In this document: one piece after another, positions 1-10,631 of the stretch | Layout of the letters: each line of letters begins with the position of its first letter | Numbering within the stretch: position 1 is the stretch's first letter | Origin: Salinivirgaceae bacterium | GTDB lineage: Bacteria; Bacteroidota; Bacteroidia; Bacteroidales; SZUA-534 | Direction of reading: 5' to 3' | DNA length: 64,000 nt | Assembly: GCA_017645945.1 (NCBI GenBank) | Contig: JAGCNL010000076.1 | Coordinates: forward strand, 59,673-123,672 | Made by a program: the position numbers and the translations under genes | The notes under the pieces: model-generated | The model's input: only the letters and a program-made list of their open reading frames with translations | Told to the model about the DNA's origin: nothing | The model's database searches: none

Positions 1-1370
1 ATCTTTGTTACCGTATTTGGAATGGTCACGTCGCCACCATCTCCAATATATCCCGAAAGTTGTGTTTTCTCTGCATCGGCATAGATAAATCCGTTTTCGT
101 CTGGCTCGACATTATAAAATCTGGCACCCCAAGGTGCGCCTTCGGCTTCACCTGAGTATGAAATGTTTGTTATCCCCTCAAATGCATTTTCACCAATGTT
201 TTTTACAGAATTGGGAATGCTTGTCGATCTCATAGCACAACCGCTGAACGCGCGTCCGCCGATGCTGGTAACTGAACTGGGAATATCCACCGATTTCAAA
301 CTGGAGCAACCTGAAAATGCACTGTTGCCAATACTTGAAACAGAATTGGGAATAGTTACCAACATCAGGCTCGTGCAATCGCCGAACGTAACATCGTCGA
401 TACTTTTAACCGAATTACTTATTGATACGGAAGTCAGCCCCTTACAATTACAAAACGCCCCGATTCCAAGACTTGTTACAGTATTCGGGATTGCTACCGA
501 AGTCAGACTGCTGCACCCCGAGAATGCGTAGTCGCGTATGGTTGTGACTCCATCAGGAATGGTTATCGTAGTCAGACTGCCGCAACCCGAGAAAGCGTGT
601 TCGTCAATTCTTGTTACCGAGTTTGGAATGTTCACAGAAGTCAAACTGCTGCACCCTGAGAACATATACCTACCAATATATTTAAGAGTGTTCGAAATGG
701 TAACCGAGGTTAGGGCGGTACAATTCTCGAACAAGTTCCAACCAATGCTTGTCACCGAATTGGGCATTGTAACCGATTCCACATTGCTACAACTGTAGAA
801 TGCTTTGTCTTCAATACGTGTAACTATGCTTGGTATTGTAACATCACCTCCCACACCGACATAACAGGAAATGCAAGTTTTTGTAGCATTAGAATAAATA
901 AAGCCATTATCGTCGGGGTCATCAGAAAAATATAAAACGTCGCGTGCACCCCATGGACTGTCGTATGTGGTCATACCATCACTTACAATTCTACCAACAT
1001 TGTAGAATGCATCCCCACCAATACTTTCAACAGAATGTGGAATCAATACTGGTGACAAACCGCTGCAATTGTAGAATGCCCCAGCCCCTATTTTTGTAAC
1101 AGTATTAGGAATTTTAACTGATACTAAATTGGTGCAGTTCTCAAACGCCCCGACACCAATACTGGTAACTGTATATGTTACACCATTATTTTCCACAGAT
1201 GATTGAAGCAAAAGGTTTCCCGCCAATGATGGTTCTTCACAACCAACAGAAACTTCGTGCTTGGTGGCGTTGGTCACTGTGTATTTCAAATTGTCAATGG
1301 TAAAAGTGGTCTGTGCCCACACCTGCCCCGCAAATATTGAGGCAAATAGAAAAGTGAAAATGCGTTTCAT
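1..1370 (-). CDS. BspA/TpLRR leucine-rich-repeat surface protein (5' part; runs off the window start)
   Basis: Missing from the ORF track because there is no stop in the window. Manual translation from ATG 1370 gives signal peptide MKRIFTFLFASIFAGQVWAQ, then many ~23-aa repeats such as TSIGVGAFENCTNLVSVKIPNTV and SSIGNSAFSGCSSLKSVDIPSSV. The frame is open to the window edge. Confidence 0.9.
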   Translation of the reverse strand, partial: MKRIFTFLFASIFAGQVWAQTTFTIDNLKYTVTNATKHEVSVGCEEPSLAGNLLLQSSVENNGVTYTVTSIGVGAFENCTNLVSVKIPNTVTKIGAGAFYNCSGLSPVLIPHSVESIGGDAFYNVGRIVSDGMTTYDSPWGARDVLYFSDDPDDNGFIYSNATKTCISCYVGVGGDVTIPSIVTRIEDKAFYSCSNVESVTMPNSVTSIGWNLFENCTALTSVTISNTLKYIGRYMFSGCSSLTSVNIPNSVTRIDEHAFSGCGSLTTITIPDGVTTIRDYAFSGCSSLTSVAIPNTVTSLGIGAFCNCKGLTSVSISNSVKSIDDVTFGDCTSLMLVTIPNSVSSIGNSAFSGCSSLKSVDIPSSVTSIGGRAFSGCAMRSTSIPNSVKNIGENAFEGITNISYSGEAEGAPWGARFYNVEPDENGFIYADAEKTQLSGYIGDGGDVTIPNTVTK

Positions 1371-1480
1371 CTTCAATTATTAGTTAGTTGTTCGTGTTAA
1401 AAATGTATCAAGCAAATATAGGCTTTTATTCAGCGAAAAGCACGAGCCGAAGCCTGATTTTGCGCTCCTTTTTCCCATTT

Positions 1481-2080
1481 TCAGAATTGGAATTCCAACT
1501 GCGTGTCGAGCAGACGGAACGAGCGCCGATGATACGGCGTGATGCCATATTTTTTGATTGCATCGCGGTGGTCGGCTGTTGGATAGCCTTTGTTTTTTGC
1601 CCAATTGTATTGCGGGAATTCCTTGTCAATCTGCAACATAAAATCGTCGCGGAAGGTTTTGGCCAGCACTGAGGCCGCCGCAATCGACAGATATTTGCCA
1701 TCGCCCTTCACAATTGTCTGATACTTAACATCATTGTAAGGTTTGAAACGATTACCATCGACAATGATGAACTCTGGCCTCACTTTAAGTTGGTCAAGAG
1801 CCAGATGCATCGATTTTATGGAAGCATTCAAGATATTTATTTCGTCGATTTGCGGGGCGTCGAGTTTCGCGACAGCGTAGGCAGCGGCTTCGCGCATAAT
1901 GACATCGCGTAACTGGTAACGCTGTTTCTCAGTCAGTTGTTTTGAGTCGTTTAGCTTATCGTTACTGAAATCAGGCGGCAGAATGACTGCGGCCGCAAAC
2001 ACCGGACCAGCCAAGCATCCGCGCCCGGCTTCGTCGCAGCCCGCTTCGTTGGCCAAACCGCTGAAATTGAGTTCGAGCAT
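1481..2080 (-). CDS. rnhB: Ribonuclease HII
   Basis: [42 protein letters not shown] and KGYPT motifs. Start overlaps the upstream stop (TAATG). Confidence 0.97.
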   Translation of the reverse strand: MLELNFSGLANEAGCDEAGRGCLAGPVFAAAVILPPDFSNDKLNDSKQLTEKQRYQLRDVIMREAAAYAVAKLDAPQIDEINILNASIKSMHLALDQLKVRPEFIIVDGNRFKPYNDVKYQTIVKGDGKYLSIAAASVLAKTFRDDFMLQIDKEFPQYNWAKNKGYPTADHRDAIKKYGITPYHRRSFRLLDTQLEFQF

Positions 2081-3351
2081 TAATAGAAACGGCGTTTCTG
2101 GAACCAGTAGTCGATGTAGGTCAGGTTGAGACCGAACTGCAGCGACTGATGAAGCACAAGCAAGTTGTCGAGCGTTCCCTGCTGCTTGTACATGCAGTAG
2201 GTGTTGAACCTGATGGAACGTATTCTGAATCCCACACCAGCCGACAACTTGAACGATTTGAGCGTGTAATGGTCGACTCGGCAGATACCGCTTTCAAATC
2301 CTCCACCAGCGCGGAAAACAAGGTCGTTAACAAGGTCGTTAGAGTGGCCAAGTTTTTTAGGAATAAACTCGCAGCCAATATTGATTGATTTGTTATCAAT
2401 CAGCTTTGAGCGCAAATCCTCAACATCCAGCTTCGACAGCGGATTATAGTTGAAATCGCCCGACATGGTGAATCTGCCAGCCTTGCTATATGAAACTCCA
2501 AAACCAAACGTAGGCGGGAGTTTTGTATAACGGTCATAATCATCGTCATCGAAATAAACCGTGTCAATCAGTCCGATACGATAGAATGTGTTTGTTGCGA
2601 TTTCTTTGCGGCTGCAACGCAGAATTCCTGGTGTGCTGGCTATGGCACCGATTGTCAGAGTTTTGTTTTTCGACAGCGGAATGTCCTGCTGCAAGCCAAA
2701 ATCGAGTTTGCCGCCAGTATAATAATCTGTTTTTTCGATGTAGATTGAGAATTCATCGGCCGATGTCATTGCCATTGACTGCCGCTCGGTTTTCGGACCG
2801 AAAAGAATCGATGCGTTCATTCCTAACGACGTATGCTTGAACAAATCGACTCCCAGACCGACATAAGCCCAAGTGAGGCCGCCAAGACCCTCAACGTATG
2901 ACATGTATCTGTCTTCACCGCCACCAGAAACGTATTCCTTCGACTGCAAAGTGTAGCCCACACTCGTGTATGGCGCAAGGCCAAACGATATACCCAGACG
3001 GTCGCTTGGAGCCATAGTGAGCGAGAAATACGACACGTTGCCGTTCATTTTATCGCCCGAATCGAGATGCGTTTCAATGTGCTCATAGTCCATATGCACG
3101 CCGATATCGAACAAAACCATTGTCGAATCAAGTGAGGCATACGATGCGGGATTTATTGTATTGACGTAACGCTCTGACCGTAAGGCAATTCCGACTCCGC
3201 CCATCGACGTGTTTCGGCCATGCCCCATCTGCTCATACAATCCGATACCATATTTTGAATATGGAGAAATTGTATTATTCTGACATACTGACACTTGCGC
3301 CATTGCCAGCATAAAAAGCGCCACAACTGTTGATTTCATTTTTCCACTCAT
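2080..3351 (-). CDS. Outer-membrane beta-barrel protein (FadL/long-chain fatty-acid transporter-like)
   Basis: Signal peptide, N-terminal SPYSKYGIG...SMGGVGIAL...INPAS motif, alternating beta-strand pattern, aromatic C-terminus (WFQKRRFY). Confidence 0.65.
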   Translation of the reverse strand: MSGKMKSTVVALFMLAMAQVSVCQNNTISPYSKYGIGLYEQMGHGRNTSMGGVGIALRSERYVNTINPASYASLDSTMVLFDIGVHMDYEHIETHLDSGDKMNGNVSYFSLTMAPSDRLGISFGLAPYTSVGYTLQSKEYVSGGGEDRYMSYVEGLGGLTWAYVGLGVDLFKHTSLGMNASILFGPKTERQSMAMTSADEFSIYIEKTDYYTGGKLDFGLQQDIPLSKNKTLTIGAIASTPGILRCSRKEIATNTFYRIGLIDTVYFDDDDYDRYTKLPPTFGFGVSYSKAGRFTMSGDFNYNPLSKLDVEDLRSKLIDNKSINIGCEFIPKKLGHSNDLVNDLVFRAGGGFESGICRVDHYTLKSFKLSAGVGFRIRSIRFNTYCMYKQQGTLDNLLVLHQSLQFGLNLTYIDYWFQKRRFY

Positions 3352-3358
3352 AGCGCCA

Positions 3359-4720
3359 TCAGTATGTAATATAATAAACCATCAATTGAACATTCTCGGC
3401 ATACGTCGAATTGTCGTCAACCACAAGCCTTTTGAACGATGTTGAATTCTCATCATCGGGCGGCAAAACTATCAATGCCAGCTCAGTGTCCGAAATAGTC
3501 AGCATCCTGTTGCGCACAAAACGCAACAGCGAGAACGAATAATAAGGCTGGCCGTCTTCAGGAGAGTAGTAAATCGGTGAACTTACAATGTTTCCCGTCA
3601 TGTCGGTCAGATTCGACAAAAGGTCGTTTGAGTCATCGCTGATAGCCAAAAGCAATGTGGATGGCAACGGATAGGTTTCATCAAACGAATATTCCTTGGG
3701 TCTGATTATCAATCGTGCATCAACCACTGTCATATATTCTGAAGCCGTGCGCAGGACAGGAAGCGAGGGGAAATCGATACGCAAAGCCAGTCCACTACCA
3801 GTCTGGATATAGGCTTTGTTGCCGCTCTGCGATGAATTCACCATTTCGCCGTAGCCGTCGAGATTTTCAAACGGCGTACCACTTCTGTCATTATTCAAAT
3901 ATGTGTACTGATATGCGCCTTGCTTGGCAATGAACTTCATATACGAACCATCCTCGTCGTCACCCGACTCATGATAATAGAGCCTGATTTCGAATTCACC
4001 CGCATCCTCAATCTTTTTTTCATACGATATAAGAGCCGATTCTGACATTCCGATGAACCCGAGCCCCCAGGTGAAATCCTTGGTTTGCGGCACTATACAA
4101 ACGCCTCGGAAGAATTCTTCAAAATATTCGTTCTTGTCCATCACGTCGTCGGCATTTTTCAGCATACTGAACCATAACTGCCCAACACTGTCCGACATTC
4201 GCGCCCACGACACATCACCGATTTTGGGACTTGGATTAAGACTGACTGTTGCCAATTCTTTATCGCTGCGCATCAGTCTCTGATTATTGAACATTGTTTG
4301 CCGAAGCGAGTAATACGGAGGTTTCATCTCTTCAAGCACTTCATACAATTTCACCTCACGCGGCGACACGGTATCGCCAACCCATTTCCCGTTCGGCTTG
4401 AAACAAACAAGCATGCTGTCATAAACAGCATCATCGGCAACATTGGTTTTCAGAGCGAAATTTATCGGTACATAAACCTCTGTCTGGACGTTGCCTATCT
4501 CATCATCTTTAAAATATCCAAGAAAAATATCAGAATTGCCAGTGGTAACAAAACTGTCGAGCCTGATGGTTGACAATTTCAATGTGAACGAATCAACATA
4601 ACCGATAACCGCTTTATTGTCCAAGAAAACATTGCCGACATCGAATGAGTCGCCGTCGTTGTCGCAAGTATAGAAAATTGCAGCAATTGCACTGACTAAC
4701 AATAAAATGCGAAATTTCAT
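3359..4720 (-). CDS. DUF4270-like lipoprotein
   Basis: Lipoprotein-like signal (AAIFYTC). Motifs STIRLDSF..T, FLGYFKDDEIG, YDSMLV, F.EFFRG, YIQTGSGL; ends in ...LMVYYITY. Adjacent to the barrel gene. Confidence 0.65.
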   Translation of the reverse strand: MKFRILLLVSAIAAIFYTCDNDGDSFDVGNVFLDNKAVIGYVDSFTLKLSTIRLDSFVTTGNSDIFLGYFKDDEIGNVQTEVYVPINFALKTNVADDAVYDSMLVCFKPNGKWVGDTVSPREVKLYEVLEEMKPPYYSLRQTMFNNQRLMRSDKELATVSLNPSPKIGDVSWARMSDSVGQLWFSMLKNADDVMDKNEYFEEFFRGVCIVPQTKDFTWGLGFIGMSESALISYEKKIEDAGEFEIRLYYHESGDDEDGSYMKFIAKQGAYQYTYLNNDRSGTPFENLDGYGEMVNSSQSGNKAYIQTGSGLALRIDFPSLPVLRTASEYMTVVDARLIIRPKEYSFDETYPLPSTLLLAISDDSNDLLSNLTDMTGNIVSSPIYYSPEDGQPYYSFSLLRFVRNRMLTISDTELALIVLPPDDENSTSFKRLVVDDNSTYAENVQLMVYYITY

Positions 4721-4877
4721 ATTCCTTTTTTACGAATAGGATGCTCAAAAATAAATGTCCATAAATGCCCGCCACTGACGGACTGCGGCATTTGCGGCAA
4801 AATAACTACATAAATCTAACAAACGCGAATATTTTGAAAATATTTCGCGAAGCGATTTGGTGTTGGGTGCCTTACGC

Positions 4878-5456
4878 TCAAAACTCCTTCAATTCCTGAT
4901 AGAGCCGCTGCACTGGAAGCCCCATCACATTGAAGTACGAGCCTTCGATGCGCTCCACTCCAACATATCCAATCCATTCCTGAACACCATACGAGCCAGC
5001 CTTGTCAAATGGCTGATACTTATCAACATAGTATTCAATCTCTTCCTCGTTGAGCGGACGGAAAAACACATCGGTAGCAACGCTGAACACCCGCTTTTTA
5101 TGATTGGTTTTTAGGCAGACACCTGTGTAAACCGTATGCTTGCGCCCCGAGAGTTGCTGAAGCATCGCAATGGCTCCGCTCCTGCCCTTCGGCTTTCCAA
5201 GCACCATATCGTCAATCCAAACTATGGTGTCGGCGGTGATCAGTAACTGATTGTCAGCCAATTCGCCATCAAAGGCCGACGCTTTCAGATTGGCCAGATG
5301 CTCAACAATCTGCGCGCCTTTAAGCGTCGGCGGATAGGTTTCGGCAGTGTCGCGCAGCATAATCGAGAATTCGGGCACAATCTCCTTCAAGAGCGCCTGT
5401 CGACGCGGCGACTTTGATGCCAAAATCACTTCGTATCTATCTGTTATAAAATCCAT
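4878..5456 (-). CDS. maf: Maf family nucleotide pyrophosphatase
   Basis: ILASKSPRRQALL, ITADTIV, LGKP, DKAGSYGVQ and NVMGLP motifs. Confidence 0.95.
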   Translation of the reverse strand: MDFITDRYEVILASKSPRRQALLKEIVPEFSIMLRDTAETYPPTLKGAQIVEHLANLKASAFDGELADNQLLITADTIVWIDDMVLGKPKGRSGAIAMLQQLSGRKHTVYTGVCLKTNHKKRVFSVATDVFFRPLNEEEIEYYVDKYQPFDKAGSYGVQEWIGYVGVERIEGSYFNVMGLPVQRLYQELKEF

Positions 5457-6919
5457 TATGAATGATTTTCAAAATATTCCAGTTCGAATGTATGATTGAT
5501 GCACTCGGGCAATTCGTGAGCGTTATGTGTCACAAACACAAGTGTTTTGCCTGGTTGGCGGCAAAAATCGTTAACAATGCCAATGCAATGCTGCAAATTT
5601 CGGTTATCGAGTCCGTGGAAAGGCTCATCAAGTATCAGAACTTCAGAATTTTTCACCAGAGTGCGGGCAAAAAGCACTAGCCTCTGCTCAGCCGATGATA
5701 TTTTCAAGAATGACCGCCCCTCAAGATGGCTGATGCCGACAACTTGCATCACGTAACGTGCTGTCTGCTCCTGCTCTGCGCTGCATGTGCGGTAAAGGCC
5801 GATGCTGTCGAAAAAGCCAGACTCCACAATCTTCAGACAATCAACTGGTTCACGGTAGTAAAGGTGCATTTCCGACGATGTGAAACCTATGCGTTTTTTG
5901 ATGTCCCAAATGCTCTCGCCCGTGCCGCGCTGGCGTCCAAACAGAGCAATATCCTTGGCGTAAGCCTGCGGATTGTCGGCAAAAATGTAACTCAGCAGCG
6001 TCGATTTGCCAGTGCCGTTAAGCCCCTGCAACGCCCACTTCTCACCGCGTTTGATAGTCCAATTAAGATGCTGCTGCACAATATGTTTGCCGTAAGAAAT
6101 CTCAATATCTCGCATTTCAACAACCGTGTCGCTACGCGATGGTTCAATGGTCGGTATGCGGCTCCAATCAATGGCGGGCACCGATGGCAACGTTTCGGGT
6201 TGTGGCTTAAACTCCAAGGCCAAGCCACAATAAGCGATTCGGCAGCCGTTTAGTTGCAAAATATGCGTTGTGCACGATGGAATGCGGTCGGCAGTTGGGC
6301 TGATGAACATTATCTGTACACCCGTTTGCGGCAATCCTGACAACAACTCATCTACTTGCGGCACCATCTTGATATCCAGGCCGTTGAACGGATTGTCAAA
6401 AATCAGCATTCGCGGCTTTTCCAACAGCGCTTTCGCAATAATCATCCGCCGCATCTCGCCGCTCGAAAGGTGTATGACTCGGCGGTTGAGCAGCGAGCGA
6501 ATGTTCAGCGAGCGAAACAATGGATTACCGTTAAGTTCCTCAATCTGTGCAGATTTGAACATCTCCGATAAGAATGGGCACTCCTCAACTTCGGTACTGT
6601 GGAACCGCTGCTGGTAGTACATCTGCTTGAAATCGTCAGCTGAGTATGCCGATTTGAAATTCACGGTTTTGATGAACTTATCAGGCCAAAGAGTCTGATA
6701 TTCAGATGTACGGATTGCCTCCAGAAAATGGTAGACAATCTCACCCTCGTCAGCAAAAAACTTGCCGCGCAGGATGTTTGCCATCGTTGTCTTGCCACTG
6801 GCATTGTCACCAACAATGGTCCACACCTCGCCTTCACGAATCTCCCAGTTGATTGGTTCGGGAAAAATCGCGTCATCAATCCGCGGACGGTAGTTTTTTA
6901 TCGAAATAAATTCTGGCAT
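5456..6919 (-). CDS. modF: ModF-like ABC ATP-binding protein with two ATPase domains
   Basis: Walker A GDNASGKT and GLNGTGKS; LSSGEMRR; FGRQRGTGESIWDIKKRIG (ModF hallmark); LILDEPFHGLD. Confidence 0.85.
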   Translation of the reverse strand: MPEFISIKNYRPRIDDAIFPEPINWEIREGEVWTIVGDNASGKTTMANILRGKFFADEGEIVYHFLEAIRTSEYQTLWPDKFIKTVNFKSAYSADDFKQMYYQQRFHSTEVEECPFLSEMFKSAQIEELNGNPLFRSLNIRSLLNRRVIHLSSGEMRRMIIAKALLEKPRMLIFDNPFNGLDIKMVPQVDELLSGLPQTGVQIMFISPTADRIPSCTTHILQLNGCRIAYCGLALEFKPQPETLPSVPAIDWSRIPTIEPSRSDTVVEMRDIEISYGKHIVQQHLNWTIKRGEKWALQGLNGTGKSTLLSYIFADNPQAYAKDIALFGRQRGTGESIWDIKKRIGFTSSEMHLYYREPVDCLKIVESGFFDSIGLYRTCSAEQEQTARYVMQVVGISHLEGRSFLKISSAEQRLVLFARTLVKNSEVLILDEPFHGLDNRNLQHCIGIVNDFCRQPGKTLVFVTHNAHELPECINHTFELEYFENHS

Positions 6920-6949
6920 TTGTTAAAAGGCATTCAATTAGTCAATGAA

Positions 6950-7612
6950 TTACCACTCGATTGGCTCTTTTCCGTGTTCCACAAGATATTGATTGGCCCT
7001 GCTGAAATGGTGGTTACCAAAGAATCCGCGTGAAGCCGACAGCGGCGACGGATGAACCGATTCAAGCACGAGATTGTTGCTGCGGTCGACCATTGCGGCC
7101 TTCTGCTGCGCGTATGAGCCCCACAAGATATAAACCACGTTCTGCTTTTCGGTGGCCACAGCATTGATGACAGCGTCAGTGAACGTCTCCCAACCGTGCC
7201 GCTGGTGCGAGCCCGCCAAATTAGCCCTGACCGTGAGCGTTGCGTTCAGCAGCAGCACGCCTTGCTTTGCCCAGCGCGTCAAGTCGCCCGATGCGGGAAC
7301 TGGTGTGCCAATATCGCTCTGTATCTCCTTGAAAATATTGCGCAACGAAGGCGGATAATCAACTCCATCCTGCACCGAGAAGCACAAGCCGTGAGCCTGC
7401 CCAGGTCCGTGATACGGGTCTTGACCGATAATCACAACCTTGACATTATCGAACGGGCAAAGATTGAAAGCGTTGAAAATCAATCTTCCTGGCGGATAAA
7501 TGGTGTTTGTGCGGTACTCGTCGCGCACAAAATCGGTCAGCGTCTTGAAATATGGCTTATCGAACTCGCTCTGCAAGCGCGTCTTCCACGATTGCTCTAT
7601 GCTTACTTCCAT
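6950..7612 (-). CDS. ung: Uracil-DNA glycosylase (family 1)
   Basis: GQDPYH, PPSL.NIFKE, GVLLLN and HPSPLS motifs. Start moved to ATG 7612 (MEVSIEQSW), just downstream of a TACCTTTG promoter element. Confidence 0.97.
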   Translation of the reverse strand: MEVSIEQSWKTRLQSEFDKPYFKTLTDFVRDEYRTNTIYPPGRLIFNAFNLCPFDNVKVVIIGQDPYHGPGQAHGLCFSVQDGVDYPPSLRNIFKEIQSDIGTPVPASGDLTRWAKQGVLLLNATLTVRANLAGSHQRHGWETFTDAVINAVATEKQNVVYILWGSYAQQKAAMVDRSNNLVLESVHPSPLSASRGFFGNHHFSRANQYLVEHGKEPIEW

Positions 7613-7628
7613 TTTGTTCAGTTTTCGG

Positions 7629-7636
7629 CAAAGGTA
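7629..7636 (-). promoter_or_regulatory. Bacteroidota -7 promoter element (TACCTTTG) for the ung-modF-maf operon
   Basis: Matches TAnnTTTG. Lies 16 nt upstream of the ung ATG and just after the upstream terminator. Confidence 0.6.
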
Positions 7637-7651
7637 CGTTTTTCGGCAAAC

Positions 7652-7686
7652 AAAAAAGGCCTTGAGCATTGCCCAAGACCTTTTTT
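7652..7686 (-). terminator. Intrinsic terminator of Sus cassette copy A
   Basis: Minus strand reads AAAAAAGGTCTTGGGC-AAT-GCTCAAGGCCTTTTTT (hairpin plus U-tract) right after the DUF5627 stop. Confidence 0.8.
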
Positions 7687-7703
7687 GTTATAAGACCAAA
7701 GGA

Positions 7704-8786
7704 TTACTCCTCTTTGTATACTGGTTTGTATGTGCGTACTGATGCCACAGTACCACGATCGCGCCAAACAAGTGTGTCTTTTGTGGCGTAGTGAACATTG
7801 TCGGTAGTAAAGTCGAGAGTGTAGTCAAGAATCAACTCATCGCGGTCTTTGTTACCCCATGCTTTGATGGCCGTGCCTTTTGAATAGTGTCCTGTGCCTT
7901 TGGCCGTGCAGCCTGCGGTGTTCGATTCGATAGTGCAGTTACCACTCTCATCGAAGGTGAGAATAAGCTCACAAGGGCTGTTTTTACCCTTAACCTCTGT
8001 TGTGGCTATCCGCAACAGCACTTTGTTTCTGGCAATAGTTTTGGTGCTAACCACCTCGTCATTCTCAATAAAGGTATTGTGACGGTTTGATGTAACACGG
8101 GCATATCCTGTTGGCGCGTTGTCACCATCGAATTGCAACTGATCAAAATTATCAACGCCACGGCGAAGATATGTTGCTGTATACTCATTGATATAGTTTA
8201 CGCAGAACAATACATAATCGCCTGGAGTGACTTTCCATTTGTCGAGTTCATGGCGCGACGGTGTAGATCCTTCAAATATTGGTGTTCCGCGAACAATCTG
8301 GTCGACACCCGAGAAATTCTCACCCATAACAACTGGAATAACATAGTTGTTGGATATCGACAATGGATCGTTGAAGAACTTGTCGTTGAGCTGGATCTCA
8401 ATGCCACCACGGTAATTACCAGCAAAGTCTAACACATTTCCGCTAACCTCGTAATAATCTTTCGGCATGGGTTTAACCTTTGTGCCGTCCTCAAAATAGA
8501 GGCCATCGGTAAGCGACTCATCGATGTTGACATCGATTTTTGCGTCCAGTCCCGAATAAGAGCCGCCACAAGTTGCGTAAATTGTGAAACGGCCTTCGTT
8601 GTCGCTTGTATTGTCGTAGGTCTCAACATCACCAAGAATCAATGTGCGGATTGGATACTGATACGCGAAATAGGCCGTTGTTCCACCGTCGTAATCGGGG
8701 AATGATTTTTCAGCATTTCGGCAAGATGCAAAAGCCACTGCTAAAACACCCAACGAGAAGGCCGAAATTAATTTATTCATTTTCAT
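7704..8786 (-). CDS. DUF1735/DUF5627 surface lipoprotein (XusE-like), copy A
   Basis: Lipobox FASC. Motifs FPDYDGGTTAYFAYQYPIRTLILG, YLRRGVD, WGNKDRD and DTLVWRDRG. Last gene of a susCDCD cassette. Confidence 0.8.
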   Translation of the reverse strand: MKMNKLISAFSLGVLAVAFASCRNAEKSFPDYDGGTTAYFAYQYPIRTLILGDVETYDNTSDNEGRFTIYATCGGSYSGLDAKIDVNIDESLTDGLYFEDGTKVKPMPKDYYEVSGNVLDFAGNYRGGIEIQLNDKFFNDPLSISNNYVIPVVMGENFSGVDQIVRGTPIFEGSTPSRHELDKWKVTPGDYVLFCVNYINEYTATYLRRGVDNFDQLQFDGDNAPTGYARVTSNRHNTFIENDEVVSTKTIARNKVLLRIATTEVKGKNSPCELILTFDESGNCTIESNTAGCTAKGTGHYSKGTAIKAWGNKDRDELILDYTLDFTTDNVHYATKDTLVWRDRGTVASVRTYKPVYKEE

Positions 8787-8814
8787 CTTATTATGATTTT
8801 AGATTTGTTACAGA

Positions 8815-10611
8815 TTAATTAGACCAACCATCGTTTTGGACAAGGTTTGACCATTTCAAAATCTCAGCTTCCGGAATCGGGCAGAAGTACATATAATCTT
8901 TGTACTCGCGCTTTTCAACCTCGAAGTACTCGTAAGTCTTGGCGCTTCCACTGCCAGTAATTCTGACACCTTTCACAGGCTCGGTAAGATCGGCTTTCCA
9001 ACGGCGCAAATCCCAGAAGCGATGATTCTCAAAGCAAAGCTCAATGCGGCGCTCGTTGCGGATGAGTTGGCGCATTTTGTCTTTGTCCGATTTAATCGAC
9101 TCAAGATACTCGTCACCTTCGATGCCACCACGCTGACGAATTGCTTTAATAACATCATACGCGCTGTAGCCGTGACCATTGTCAGCCGTTGGACCCCAAG
9201 CCTCGTTTGCGGCCTCTGCATAGTCGAGGAATATCTCAGTGTAACGGATGCGTGCCGAATAGTGCATGTGTTTCGACACTGCGCCTTTTTTCAAACTGGT
9301 TTCTTCACGCAAGTGCTTACGCAGATAATAACCAGTCTTGGTCGATTTAACCTCCTTGTTCAAACCATCCTCCGTCTCCGAATCCTCCGCAGTGCTGATA
9401 ACTGTTTTCAAACCCGTTTTTCCATCAGCTGGTCCAAATTCGGCACCATCGTAAACAATGTACAATCCAAGACGCGGGTCACGATTGGCGTACGGATCGT
9501 TTGCATTATACCCACTAGCGCCTTCGGTGATAGGATAACCATTCTTCATCGGGAATGCGTCAACAAGGTTCTGACTTGGATTTACAGAGCCGTTTCCATA
9601 CAACGAAGGTGGAAAATAACTAGATTCAGGATCAAACCAGTTGTTACGGTCGCCGCGCCAAATAATCTCCTGCGGACACACACCGGCCACTGCCACATTA
9701 TCAATTTCATCAGAGTTGGCGTACCAGATGTTGCCTTTAGGATCCAACCCGGACACTCCGCCAATACGGTCGAGAACAACTGCAGCTTTTTCAGCCGCAA
9801 AAGTCCAATCCTTGTCTGAAGCGCCTTGATATGCAGGACTTGCAGCAAATAATGCGACCTGTGCCTCGATGGCTTCAATAATACGGTTCGATAAACGTCC
9901 ACGCATTATATCGCCATAAACTCGGTTATATGTACCAGCGTTGGTAACGCCTAAGTCTCTGAATTTTTGAGGGATTTCGCTGTTTTTGATATCATTGTTA
10001 TCTAATACCAAGCGTTTCTTTGCTTCATCAAAATCGCTGTATATCTGATCAATACACTCCTGGAAACTTGCACGCGAAACATTGAAATTATCACCGGCAG
10101 TCTCAGAGTGTGTCAGGTTGGGAACACCCAACACCGTTCCGTTTACCATACCAGCGTGACGACGCAGCATATCGAAAAGATGAATGGCTCGTAGAGCGTA
10201 AGCCTCACCAGTGAAACGGTCGTCAAGCAATTTGTTGTCGAGTTCGGTGTATGACCATACAGACTTGCCTGCAGCCTCTTCGAAGAAAAGGTTAATGTAC
10301 TGGAGTGTCTGACGGTCGTAAATATATCTGCCAAACGGATCCATATATGATGTCCAACCGCCAATAGCCGCACTACGATATGAATTTCCCGCGTCGTGGG
10401 TTACTGCATCATCGGTGGCAATATCGTATGCGGTGCCATCGATATAAGGAAGGCGAGCATAACCTGCTATCATCAAACCCATGGCGTTGCTGTTGACCGC
10501 CAACATAGCTTCAAGGTCCTTGTTGTTCTCTATTTGTGGCTCAAACACATCATCGCACGATGCAAAAACCACCAGCAGCGATGTCAGTTTTATAAGATTA
10601 TTCATTTTCAT
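8815..10611 (-). CDS. susD: SusD/RagB family lipoprotein (A2)
   Basis: Lipobox FASC; GEAYALRA; NRDPRL; RYTEIFLDYAEAANE; IRNERRIELCFENHRFWDLRRWK; LVQNDGW. Confidence 0.95.
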   Translation of the reverse strand: MKMNNLIKLTSLLVVFASCDDVFEPQIENNKDLEAMLAVNSNAMGLMIAGYARLPYIDGTAYDIATDDAVTHDAGNSYRSAAIGGWTSYMDPFGRYIYDRQTLQYINLFFEEAAGKSVWSYTELDNKLLDDRFTGEAYALRAIHLFDMLRRHAGMVNGTVLGVPNLTHSETAGDNFNVSRASFQECIDQIYSDFDEAKKRLVLDNNDIKNSEIPQKFRDLGVTNAGTYNRVYGDIMRGRLSNRIIEAIEAQVALFAASPAYQGASDKDWTFAAEKAAVVLDRIGGVSGLDPKGNIWYANSDEIDNVAVAGVCPQEIIWRGDRNNWFDPESSYFPPSLYGNGSVNPSQNLVDAFPMKNGYPITEGASGYNANDPYANRDPRLGLYIVYDGAEFGPADGKTGLKTVISTAEDSETEDGLNKEVKSTKTGYYLRKHLREETSLKKGAVSKHMHYSARIRYTEIFLDYAEAANEAWGPTADNGHGYSAYDVIKAIRQRGGIEGDEYLESIKSDKDKMRQLIRNERRIELCFENHRFWDLRRWKADLTEPVKGVRITGSGSAKTYEYFEVEKREYKDYMYFCPIPEAEILKWSNLVQNDGWSN

Positions 10612-10631
10612 AACTAAATCGTTTTTTAGTG

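Noticed and set aside
163-798. Plus-strand ORFs 163-531 and 538-798 with repetitive sequence
   Set aside because: Antisense shadows of the minus-strand LRR gene.
5456-6919. ModF without a neighbouring permease and with a degenerate second signature (ISSAEQ)
   Set aside because: ModF-like ATPases are commonly stand-alone; not distinctive.
9022-9819. Long antisense ORFs in Sus genes (also 14451-15068, 20786-21436, 24768-25379) and in pepO, YitT and DUF4249
   Set aside because: No motifs; expected from codon bias on the sense strand.
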